Below are positions 51,161 to 63,474 of a stretch of 64,000 bases of DNA, piece after piece. The translations under genes were made by a program, and so were the position numbers. Position 1 is the stretch's first letter; each line of letters begins with the position of its first letter. The notes beneath the pieces were generated by a model. That model was not told where the DNA came from and did not search any database. It saw only the letters and a list, made by a program, of their open reading frames with translations. The DNA comes from Octopus sinensis (Eukaryota). The DNA is taken from contig NC_043002.1 in NCBI RefSeq assembly GCF_006345805.1, positions 88,722,001 through 88,786,000 on the forward strand, in the 5' to 3' direction.

Positions 51161-51583
51161 GATATGAATGTATGTATGTATGTGTGAGTGAGTGTGTGTG
51201 TGTGTGTGTGTGCATGGGAGTGATATTCACTTTCTTCTCTACTCCTTTTCCTCCTTCATCTCTCTTCATCGTATATGTTGCTGTCATTGCCATCATGATT
51301 GTCACTACCATCAACATCATCATCATCATCACCACCACCACCACCACCATCACCACCACCATCACCACCACCACCAATGACAACCTCCCCTCACCACAAC
51401 CAACACAGACAACCTAGCACCACTACTGACACCACCAACACCACCACCATCAAGATGATAATGATGATGATGATCATGATCGTCATCATCATCATCTCTA
51501 ATGTCTATTGCTGTAGATGCAATGTTTTATTATAGCAGTGTTTTTCACAGCTAAATGTACTGTCTGTCTGCATTCACTTTACC

Positions 51584-51636
<53 letters not shown>

Positions 51637-51699
51637 CAAGAATAAAGAGCTCTTTCTGCCTTGTACTAGTTTCTTTTCCAGAGTTAATGCTTCAGAGTT

Positions 51700-52135
51700 A
51701 ATGTTCTTTTAGGTTGAGTAGAGAATCTGCATCAAATTTTTCCAAAAGTTTAGCGATACCTGTTCAGAAGCCTACACAAAGTTTTCAAGAAGTTTACATC
51801 ATTCTTGACCCAATCAAGAGTGTCGTTCTGGTTAGCTGAAAGCAGTTTTAGCACAAACTTGGCTGACATGCGTCTCACACCCAAATATTTACTGATAATG
51901 AATTGAATTGAACCGTAATTAATCTGCACATCCTCTGATAACTCATGGATGGTGATTCAACGATTTCCCCCCTCACCGCTGCACACTCATCTGCAATGTT
52001 TTCTTCACTTCTGCTGGTTGAAGGTCTCATTGAGGCTTACAAGAGTCATGTCTTCTTCATCATTTCTTTTTCTTTTCTTTTGTCTCTTGATTACAGCAGT
52101 GGTTCAAAAGCACAACCATGTCACACTGTTTCATA
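51700..52135. mobile_element. Mariner fragments
   Basis: RICIKFFQK...DTCSEAYTK on the plus strand. The downstream part resembles 9388-9540. Confidence 0.55.
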
Positions 52136-52296
52136 TTCATTTTAGTCTAAGAATTATGTAAAGGGCATCTTTTATTATTTACTTGTTTCAGTTGGTGGAC
52201 TGCAGTAAAGTTTGGGCATCAACTTGGAGGGCTTAGCCAAACAAATCAACTGTAGCATTTTTTCTATCAGAGTTTTTGCCAAACCACTAAGTAATG

Positions 52297-52700
52297 GGAG
52301 TAGGAGTGGCTGTGTGGTGAGTAGCTTGTTTACCAACCACATGGTTCTGGGTTCAGTCCCACTGCGTGGCACCTTGGGCGAGTGTCTTCTACTATAGCCT
52401 TGGGCCGACCAAAGCCTTGTGAGTGGATTTGGTAGACGGAAACTGAAAGAAGCCTGTCGTATATATGTATATATATATGTGTGTGTGTGTATTTGTGTGT
52501 TTGTGTTTGTCCCCCCAACATCGCTTGATAACCGATGCTGGTGTGTTTATGTCCCCCATAACTTAGCGGTTTTGGCTAAAGAGAACCGATAGAATAAGTA
52601 CTAGGCTTACAAAGAATAAGTCCTGGGGTCGATTTGCTCGACTAAAGGCGATGCTCCAGCATGGCCACAGTCAAATGACTGAAATAAGTAAAAGAGTAAA
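52297..52700 (+). mobile_element. SINE family B
   Basis: Full length. Confidence 0.9.
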
Positions 52701-53022
52701 CAAACACCATTTGTCAAGTGGTAGTGAGACAAATACATACACACATATACATTCATGCATATAAGCATATACGTATACACGCGCACGTGTGTGTGTGTGT
52801 ATGTATGGAGGTGTGTAGCTTAAAAGTTAAACTCATGATTGTAAGATTGTGGTTTCAATTTCAGCGTCCCATCCAGATGGGGAATTTCTAAGCCATGGAA
52901 ACCCGGAAACTGGCCCTTACCAGTAGACATAACTCAAGAAGGTAACTTTACCTTACCTACCTGATAGACACACACACACACACACACACACATATATCTG
53001 TACATATACATACATGTGTGTG

Positions 53023-53051
<29 letters not shown>

Positions 53052-53054
<3 letters not shown>

Positions 53055-53363
53055 GAGGCTCAGTGGTTAGGGCAGCGGACTTGCGGTTGTAGTATTGCGG
53101 TTTCGATTCCCAGAGCAGCTGTTGTGAGTGTTTATTGAGCGAAAACACCTAAAGCTCCACAAGGCTCCGGCAGGGGGTGGTGGCGATCCCTGCCGTACTC
53201 TTTCGCCACAACTTTCTCTCACTCTTTCTTCTGTTGGCCTGCTCGCTTAGCCAGCAGGGTGGCGTCATTTGAAGGCTAAAACAATGTGAAGCGCATTGTG
53301 ACCAGCGATGTGTAGCAACATCTGATAGCCTGGTCAGTCACGGTGATCACAGTGGTCACGGTG
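53052..53363 (+). mobile_element. SINE family C'
   Basis: tRNA-like head and tail GATAGCCTGGTCAGTCACGGTGA. Confidence 0.8.
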
Positions 53364-53904
53364 ATATATATATATATATATTACACACACACACACACAC
53401 ATATATATATATGATGGGCTTCTATACAGTTTCCAACTAACAACTTCACTCACAAGACATTGGTTGGTCCACAGTGATAATAGAAGACGCTTGCCCAAGG
53501 TGCCATACAGTGAGACTGAACCTGAAACAATGTGGTTGCAAAGTGAGCATCTTAACCACACAGCTATGCTTGCATCTGTTATGGGTGTATAGATCAGTGG
53601 AATACTCAGCCACCATCCTCTTGATTTCATTAATAAGAATTCAGTTGCTCAAACAACTGAATACTCCAAGTCAAAACTATTTCATTCGTTTGTTTTACTT
53701 TCGTCTTTTCATGTAAGCATGAGTTAGATAGCTACTTATTTGAGGCAGGAATATTATGACTGAATGCTCTTCCTGTTCACCAACTCTAATTGGTTTTTTA
53801 AGCAAGAGATTTTTTTTATTCTGAATGTCTTCAAAATTTCAGATCAACTGTGCTCAGGTGGTGACAAGCATGGACTGTTAACATTGATGCATATTCATTG
53901 CATG

Positions 53905-54235
53905 TGCGCGCACACACACACACACACACTAACACACAAGCATGCATGTACAGATGTACACACAAACACACACACAGATATATACACACATGCAAATACA
54001 CACACACACACACATGCTCACATATATGCACACACACATACATATGTGCACACACACACACACACACACACACACTCAGGTACATATGCACACACACACA
54101 GATACATGCACACACAGAGATACACATATACACATACACATACACACACAAGCACACACACACACTGATACACATATGCACACACATAAGCACACATACA
54201 CACACACACTCACACGCATGCACAGATACACACAA
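53905..54235. repeat. Compound (CA)n-rich microsatellite
   Basis: Read directly. The overlapping ORFs are HT/CV repeats. Confidence 0.9.
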
Positions 54236-54349
54236 TCAGAAATACACAATGGGATTCCTACAGTTTCTCCTACAAATTCTCTCATAAAGCATTGATTAAC
54301 TGAGGACTTATAGCAGAAGTTATGCCCACTTGTGCATTATTTTCAGTAC

Positions 54350-54356
54350 AACCTAT

Positions 54357-54412
<56 letters not shown>

Positions 54413-54767
54413 GATCGTCATCATCAATGCCGTTGTCATTGTCATTGGTACCACTACCATCATCATTGCTACAATCTCACAATATTACCACCATCTTCTA
54501 TTATCATCATCATCGTCATCATCATCATCATCATCATTGCGGCCATTATTGTTAAATAATCATCAACATCATCATTGTCTTCGTCATCCTCATCCTCGTT
54601 GTCATTGTCGTCATTGTCGTCATCATCAAGATCACCCCTATCATCATTATCACCATCATCATCAACACTGTTACCACCGTCATTGGTACCACCACCATCA
54701 TCATCATCATCATCATCTGTACAATTTCACAACATTGCCAGCATCTTCTGTTGTCATCATCATCCTT

Positions 54768-54808
<41 letters not shown>

Positions 54809-55020
54809 TCCTATACAGCTACACAACCGGTAAGATATATAGCAGCTAAATCTTCCTGCAACTTGTTGCCTACTACCTCAAAAAGTGAGGGGAAAACATT
54901 GGATGATAAAAGTTTTAGAAAATAGCAACAAGCATGAAGGTCAGGAATGGAACGTCTTTGATGATAATTTTGTTTGTTGAGGTCGAACCTGAAGCTAAAC
55001 GAGAACAACAACAACATCAA
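54350..55020 (+). repeat. Unclassified repeat ending in (AAC)n, partner of 47592-48190
   Basis: Shared unique segment, continuing into GTTTGTTGAGGTCGAACCTGAAGCTAAACGAGAACAACAACAAC. Confidence 0.75.
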
Positions 55021-55022
55021 TT

Positions 55023-55445
55023 GGATCTTTTCAGTTTGAACAGCAGTTTTTTCTAGTGGTGTCATATGAAATTGTCACCCATAATTATGACCCTAGAATC
55101 GATCTATTGCATTTCAATCTGTTTTAGGGTTAGGGTTAGGGTTAGGAGTGGGGGGAAGGGTATCTTTTTTTCTTCAGAAATGTAAAAAAACCCAATCTGT
55201 TTCTTAAACGAGGGACATATTCATACGGCACAGAATGTTTTTTATCTCAATGGACATCAGTAATTGGTTGAAATTGCAGAAATTGAAGAAAAAAAACAAC
55301 AAATATCTTACAAACTATAGAATTTTTTCAATAAAGCCAAGAGAAAAACATGTTTTATAAATACATTCTACCAGTATACGAAGTTTAAAATTTTTTAGTT
55401 GCCTAGAAATTACGTTAAAAACTGCCGTTCAAGCCGAAAAGATCC
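55023..55445. mobile_element. hAT-type MITE, second copy
   Basis: Same TIRs as 6921-7383. Perfect 8-bp TSD CATCAATT at 55015-55022 and 55446-55453. Shorter TTAGGG tract. Confidence 0.9.
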
Positions 55446-57498
55446 CATCAATTTAACATCCAGCTTTCCTCACTAACAATCCCTATTTACAGTGCTACAA
55501 AAACCTAGATTATCACCATTATCAATGATGATTTAACAGACATTTTAAACCTACATTCTGACTTTATGGATTATTATGGATTGCTGTTTGATTCCTACAG
55601 TTTATTAAAGGGTTTTTGGTTTGTTTGTTTTTTTTTCCTATTGATTTTCACTCTTTCAACAAAGCCATGAATAAATAAAGCTTTCTCTGAGTTAAGTGTA
55701 CAATCTTCTTAAGTTTAAAGCAAGCAGACTGATCCCATCGTTAACAGATTTTTACACACTGACTTTTCTATCCATCATTAAATGAATTGACAACGACTTA
55801 GACGAGCAAACTGATGGGAAACGAATTGCTTCAAACATTGATTTGTGATTATGTGGCTTTAGATGATAGAACAGCTAAATAAATGAAAGGATACAACGGA
55901 AGCTTTGTTCCTAAAAGCAGACTGTTGATATACCACTCACACACCCACTCTATTATCTCTTTATAATATCGATTATTAAGATCTGTCAATTAAAAATCAA
56001 TCAAATTACAGATTGGCAAATTTATATCTGGAAGAATTAAATGCAATTAAGATTATGTTAAGTCTCCGTCGGTTTCATTGTTCTTTTCTTTTATGAAGGC
56101 ATAAAAGAGATTTGAGAAGAATAGAATCAGCTTTCTAGAATAGATGGTAGATTTTAAAATGCAGTTTATTATATTCTGTTATTGTGCATGTAATGTAGAC
56201 AGTTTCCTTTTGTTTCAAGACAGTTTGTATGAAGATTCCATTACTGAACACACGCACACATATAAATGTGTGTGTGTGCGCTTGTTTATACACACACACA
56301 TATATATGTGTGTGTGTGTGTTTATGTGTGTATGTATGCATGTATGTATGTATGTATGTATGTATGTCATTCAGTTTATTTCAAGATTTCTTGCCAATAG
56401 AGAAAGAATCGGTTTCTAACCTAGATTCAATGCTCCTTCATTGGAATTTCAACATCAACAGGGTATTTTTGTTTGTATGTATGTATTTATGTATGTATGT
56501 ATGTATGTATGTATGTATGTATTTATGCATGTATGTATGTATGTATGTATGTATGTATGTGTGTGTATGTATATAAATATATAGGTGGTGCTATTAAGTT
56601 AGACATGGCCTGGGCCAATAATGGCCGAAACCTATCAAAGTATCAAAGTATATACACAATCCCCTGTTGTTGACATTGTCTAGTGAGATCATTTCCTCCA
56701 CCATGTTCTAGAGGGGCCACTCTCTGGAGAAGCCTTAAGACAACAGGTTTTGGGACCTGATAATACACTGTAGAGCTAAGTGTCAGAAAACATATATATG
56801 TATGTATGTATGTTATAATATGGGTTCCTCGTCCACTAATATGTTGTTGTGAGTCTTGTAATACTCTTGTTGCCACTATTATGTTGTGGCAGTCATCTGC
56901 ATCTTATTATCTTTGGCTTGTCTATCGTACTATTGCTGATAGCTCTGCAAGATAACAACTTTGTAATGTCTACCTTGACGGTGACTCAAACTCGTATATA
57001 TCACATAACTGACACTGACACCAAATGGGAACTCATACAACGACTCTACTACTACTGACCTCCTACAACAACTGACTATCTGACTTTATAGTGGCTGTTT
57101 CATACCATTTTGTCACATAGGAAGAAGTCTACCATTTTCACTACAACAATATATACATATATACATAGGGCACAGGTTGGCTGGGATGAGAATCTGTTGA
57201 TTCTTTTCCTTGGCTTTTGAATTACACTATAATTCTATTAACAGTAGCAAGAGGAATTCGAAAATTTTTGGCAATTTTTCACTGGCTAAGACCAGCCTCA
57301 GATTGCCCAACAATATGACCTCTTTGAAAATCTGACAGTTCTGCTGAATTTTTTGTGTATGGCATGGTTACTCTTTGCAGATGTTTAATATAATGGCACC
57401 TGAAATGAAAACGAATAATTACATTGTGAATTCTACACCACTGAAAACATTAAGACACTTTTTGAAAATTACAAGTGTCTATTTACTTCCTGCATGTC

Positions 57499-57540
<42 letters not shown>

Positions 57541-57573
57541 CATACATACATATATATATGCTTACATATATAG

Positions 57574-57604
<31 letters not shown>

Positions 57605-57779
57605 TACATACATACATACATAGTAAACATTTGTGATATGATGATAGATCTAGATACTAGTTCCTATAAACCTTTCCCAAACCATAACATGAAGTTAATG
57701 GTTTCCTGCCACCTGGCCCACTATTCAAGTAATTTATGAAAGGTGTTAGCAGGATGATCTCCAGTCTAGCTTTCAGTTA

Positions 57780-58320
57780 GGAGATCTTTGATGCAGTACC
57801 CAGGTAGACCTTGACTGTTAGCAGTTTCAAGGACCATATTCATAAATACCAAACACTAGCCCCACGAAGGCAATGTGCCTCTGTAAAGTCATTTGGCTTA
57901 CACCCCTACATTCTCTAAGAATTAAGACTTGTGAAGGCCTTTCTCAGATTAATACATGAGCATTTTCCACCCATACATAAGTATAAAAACTATTACAGAA
58001 TATGAAATGAATATTATCCAATAGTTGCAAACCAAGCACAGAGGCACGATGTTTAGGCAAAGATAATAACGCATGACCACGTAGCAGCTGCTCTATATGA
58101 AGCAGAAATAGCATCTAGTGACCCCAGTAAGATAATGCAAGTACAGCAATATTTTGAAGTAATGGAAGTCTCTTCAAGATCTGACTAAACACTACAGGTC
58201 CTCCTTTAAAATCCGAGAAATCAAAATGCTATGATGCTAGCCAGGCTCCATCATACAAGATTAGCTAGAGGTCCTTTGTTTCTCAAGCAACTTTTAGCTT
58301 ATCTTGTTTGACCATATTTT
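57780..58320 (+). pseudogene. Possible heavily decayed PLE endonuclease region
   Basis: Scattered motif-like pieces (IHKYQ; KT...LS / HEHFP; HY.SSFKI) across several frames. Weak support. Confidence 0.25.
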
Positions 58321-59050
58321 ATCAGCAGCAGAATGCACATCCTCTGTTTGGCAGAAAAAGCATACAGTCCTGAAGAATTCCTTCTACCCAGGGAGCTTTT
58401 TTGAGCTCCAAAATGAGTGTAAATACTTTTTAGTATAATTAGTTCAGTCCCACCTACCAGCAAGAAACATCATTGACCTTATCTGAGTTTTATCCCCTGA
58501 TGATATCTCCAGGTTCTCTTTTTTGTTTCATCTTTCTACCCAACACAATTATACACAGTCCTCTTTTGCCTGAGACCCTATCTTCTTGACCTCTTTTCAT
58601 CTCATTACCTATCCCCCCCTCTCTGTCTCTCCCTCTCTATCACCCTCCCCCTGTTATTCCCCCTGTTATTCCCCCCACCCCTTTCAATCTGAAATACAAG
58701 TGCATATGCTTCTCCTTGTTGCAATATATGACTTTGCATGAGATTTATACATGACACTGTCCTGGATGATTTTACATTTGGTTTATATTTTTTTTACTTA
58801 ACTATACCCTCCTCAATTTTACACTTTTTGGCTGAAGCCTAGCAGTTTGTATTTACCATTAGCCTATGGTCTGGCTGGATGGTAACTTTTGCAACTTAAG
58901 GGTAAAAGAGTTCTGACTATATTTTTCCAGTCAACCATGCCTGAAGATTATTTAATGCTTTCTGCTTAGAAAGTTATCCTTGCATTGGAAACAATCCAGT
59001 CACTATTCTTGACCAAATATGGTTTGTGATATATAATGCTGTATTAATAT

Positions 59051-59426
59051 ACATGTGGTTCTGGGTTCAGTCCTACTACATGGTACCTTGAGGAAGTGTC
59101 TTCTACTATAGCCTCTGACTGACCGAAGCCTTGTGAATGGATTTGGTAGACGGAAACTGAAAGCCCATCGTATGTGTGTGTGTGGTGTGTGTGTGTGTGT
59201 GTGTGTGCGTATGCACCCATGTGCATGTGTGTATGTTTGTATTTGTCCCCTACCGTTGCTTGACAACCGATGTTGGTACGTTTACGTCCCCGTAACTTAA
59301 CAGTTCAAAAGAGACCAATAGTTTAAGCACTAGGCTTACAAAGAATAAGTCCTGGGGTCGATTTGTTCGACTAAAGGTGGTGCTCCAGCATGGCGGCAGT
59401 CAAGTGACTGAAGCAAGTAAAAGAGA
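59051..59426 (+). mobile_element. SINE family B, 5'-truncated
   Basis: Body and tail present. Confidence 0.8.
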
Positions 59427-59489
<63 letters not shown>

Positions 59490-59494
59490 GTATT

Positions 59495-59578
59495 GTTGAT
59501 AAAGGAAATGGAAGATGGATTTAGTACAAATCTTTATAAAGATTTGTACTAAATCTATCTTCCATTTCCTTTATCAAC
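59495..59578. repeat. 84-bp spacerless palindrome
   Basis: 42-bp arms with one mismatch, centred on TCTTTA|TAAAGA. Confidence 0.95.
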
Positions 59579-59844
59579 CATAAACTCAACAAACACTGAA
59601 GATTTCCTGATATACACTCATCAGAAGTAGCCTTTATGGAATGAAATGTGATGATTGTACAATATATAGATTTATATAATTCAGTGGTAAACACTAAAAA
59701 ACTCCTTAAGCAGACTTGGTTACAAACCACATAGTAAACCAATATGTAAGAGTGTAATGTAGAGTCTTATGTAGTTGAAATCCAGTAAATCTAGTCACTG
59801 AAAATTATTTCATGAGGAGTATATAAATATATACTGACTTTCTT

Positions 59845-59896
<52 letters not shown>

Positions 59897-60135
59897 TGAG
59901 TAAAGAGGTTATAACAGTACTGGAAACCTGACTGAGTCAGTAAGAACAGATATTAGACGATGGGTTGGGAAGGATACAAGGTTAATTAGTAAATGAAATT
60001 TAATGGCTGCTACCTAATTGGAGGCTTACCATCATCAATGCTTGATATTTCAATCATTTAGTGCAAAACCAGCAGAAAGATATACCTATTAGCAATAACA
60101 GGGACAGCAGCAGCAGCAGCAGCAGTAGTAGCAGC

Positions 60136-60175
<40 letters not shown>

Positions 60176-61107
60176 CTTCTCTGGACATGTGCAAACTCTT
60201 CATTCTAGAAAGAGACCAAATTATTGATTTATTTAATGTTAGTTACAAACAGGGCAAAAAAAAAATTCTTTTTTTTTTATAATCTGCAAAAAATAATTTG
60301 TTTAGTACAGCATAATAATTAGGTTGATATAACTCACAGTAACTAATAAACGATATGCTATTTGTGCAACATAACTTCCTTCTTATTCTCTTTATCTTAT
60401 TCCTGTATATTTTTTACTTATATATGGGTTAAATAAGTTAATGTGATCACATCAACCATTGCTCCAAATAGAGAAGTGGGGGGGGGGGGGTGAAGTGATG
60501 TGTATTCAAATATTTGTAACCAAAATAAGGCTTTATAGATCCAATAGCAACACTAATGCCACCCAGGGTACAAAGTAAATCAATAGTAACTAATGACATT
60601 TTGTAATAAATCATATGAAACTAAAGAAAGGCTTTATAAATTGGACAGTAAGCATAGTGACGCCCAAGCTGTGCAGCAAACAAATTGTAACTCTTGACTA
60701 CACGCAACTGGGTATTTATTGTAATCAATCCCAGAAGAATGAAAGGTCATATCTACCCAAACTAAACTGACCTTAACTTTTTAAGTGCAAAATTGAATAT
60801 CCTGGTTATACCAGTAATAATGTTAAATAAATAAAGTTAATCACCACATTAATATGGCTGTTCAATGTTACTACTAGTTTAACCCCAGGTAGATCTTTCA
60901 CCAGCTGGTTATAGGTGCAGTCAGCACCCAGTACATATTGCCAGCAAGTGAGCGAATCCCTATACTCCTCCAATAAAAGACAGGACCGCATGACTGATTC
61001 ACTTTTGAGCTAGTTTGCTCATGCTCAATCATGATGTTAAATATCTACCAAAAAAAATAGAAATGGTATTTTCTGCAAGTCCCATTGCCTTGACAAACTT
61101 GACATAT

Positions 61108-61279
61108 AGGCGCAGGAGTGGCTGTGTGGTAAGTAGCTTGTTTACCAACCACATGGTTCCGGGTTCAGTCCCACTGCATGGCATCTTGGGCAAGTGTCTT
61201 CTACTATAGCCTCGGGCCGACCAAAGCCTTGTGAGTGGATTTGGTAGACGGAAACTGAAAGAAGCCCGTCGTATATATG

Positions 61280-61312
<33 letters not shown>

Positions 61313-61535
61313 TTGTGTGTCTGTGTTTCTTCCCCTAGCATTGCTTGACAACCGATGCTGGTGTGTTTATGTCCCCGTTACTTAGCGGTTCGGCAAAAGA
61401 GACCGATAGAATAAGTACTGGGCTTACAAAAGAATAAGTCCTGGGATCGAGTTGCTCGATTAAAAGGCGGTGCTCCAGCATGGCCGCAGTCAAATGACTG
61501 AAACAAGTAAAAGAGTAAAAGAGTAAAAGAGTAAT
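61108..61535 (+). mobile_element. SINE family B, full length
   Basis: Head GGCGCAGGAGTGGCTG and (AAAGAGT)n tail. Confidence 0.92.
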
Positions 61536-62793
61536 ATATCTTAACAAAAAATAGTTTCAAGCATGACATTCCTCAACAAAAGACAGATTGATGTACAAAA
61601 CTGCTTTCTGTAGTTAAGGGTAAAGAAAGTTCGATTGAATATATCTGATTTCTGCAGTAAGAGTTAAAACACAAAGAAATGGAATTGATAAATGTCAGCT
61701 CCATTTTAATGCATATTTCAGATAGTTGCATAACCATCAAACTATTTTACATCAAATCTATATAAAATTGATTGCTTAACTGCATATATAAATAATAATT
61801 AATTTGGGTTAATTGCATAAGATGTTTCAATTTTGCATAAAAATGGCAAAATATAGCATAAAATTGAATACGCATTTGATTTGATGTGAATGAATTAACT
61901 CAAGAGTCTTTAAACTAATATGATATATGTCAGTAGTGTATTTGATGACACATAAGGTGCATTTTTGTCCAAAATATTTAATCAAAAACTACCTTGGGTC
62001 CTTTATGTGAAATTGGGTCTCTATCACTTGAGTTAATGCATGAAAAATTTCTTTTTACTAAATACGAATAGCTGAAATTACAATGCATTTAATGTTTGTG
62101 CATTTTTTATGCCATCAAATACAATGCTTCATGCTTATCAAAAACTGACATGAAAAGAATGAAATATGTTCAAGTTAATCTTGAAATTTCAATGAATTAA
62201 AGATTATTGAATTTCAAATTGCAGTATATTTTTTGTTGGTGGTTTGGCAGAATTATTAGAGCATCAAACAAAACACTTTACAGTATTTGTTCTAGCTGTA
62301 TATATTCTGAGTTCAAATCATGCTGAAATCAACTTTACCCTTTGTCACCCTTGGATTCATAAAGTACCAATCAAATATTAGAGTCATTGTATTCACAACA
62401 TATTCCTTATCAGCTACATTAGTCTGTGGTTAATTCAATTCATTAATTTTCACTTTAAAACACAAATTGCTGCCATTGAATATTTCAAAGTTTCTTGAAA
62501 TTCACAGCCCTGATTCGTTACAGCACAGACTTCAACAAGACAGGTTGGAAGTCTCTATCATGGTAATGCATGTGGAAGAAGCTGAGGATATCTTTGCTAG
62601 TCCAGAAACTGGTTCACATGAGTCCAAATACTTGAATGTATGCTGAGAGATTGTCTTAGCCCGTTTTCCTTCAGATGGTTGATTTCTGTTGTTATCATCA
62701 GTGTATTTTGGAGATTTAAATAAGAGTTTTGACTGTTATTTCCAGCAGGTAGACATACTTAGTATGTCCTTTGATTAATTTTAATCTTTCAAC

Positions 62794-62836
<43 letters not shown>

Positions 62837-62967
62837 CATGCTTCTTACAGCAGAAAGAGTTTTGAAGTCTTATTTCTTGTAATATAAGTGCTTTGGCACC
62901 CTCAGTCACAATTAGTGATGATAACATTTTTCCTATATATGTATACATATATATATATATTAATTTA

Positions 62968-63450
62968 AAAATAAGCAACAAGGATATCCAGAGGTAATGC
63001 AGTACGATCGTTTCATGTGACTCCATTTAATTGAAGAATGCAAATATTATATCAATTTAATATGTAGAGCAATCTTCAGCTGCATAAAAATATAGAATTT
63101 AGTTAAATTCGAAGGACTCATTTGTATAATTTTACCCAAAATCTCCAAGAGAATAAAGAGATAGACAAAGAACATGTTTTACCAACAACATTACAGTTGT
63201 AACTGAGATCTTTTCAAAAAAGACACTGCTTATCACTGATTATTTCTGTTATTTAGATTTATTTATGGTGGGGGCGGGGAGGGTTCAGTTATACAAATGA
63301 GTCCTTCGAATTTAACTAAATTCTATATTTTTATGCAGCTGAAGGTTGCTCTACATTTTAAATTGATGTAATGTTTGCATTATTCAATTAAATGGAGTCA
63401 CACGAAATGATCATGCTGCATTACCTCTGGATATCCTTGTTGCTTATTTT
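62968..63450. mobile_element. PLE-type inverted duplication, ~162-bp arms with ~159-bp spacer
   Basis: Arms 62968-63129 and 63289-63450, each with an HHR motif. Confidence 0.8.
62997..63085 (-). ncRNA. Type I hammerhead with 58-nt extended stem II
   Basis: On the minus strand: atgcag-CTGAAGA-(58 nt)-GAAAC-gatc-GTA-ctgcat. Stem I 6 bp perfect, stem III palindrome ACGATCGT. Confidence 0.7.
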
Positions 63451-63474
63451 GATTATAATCACCTTATTTTAATA

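Noticed and set aside
59590-59635. CTGATGA...GAAA on the minus strand near the 84-bp palindrome
   Set aside because: No stem II pairing, and no NUH triplet with a stem I.
62458-62646. Open stretch LLPLNISKFLEIHSPDSLQHRLQQDRLEV...
   Set aside because: About 60 codons with no recognised homology or acceptor; it may be decayed retroelement sequence.
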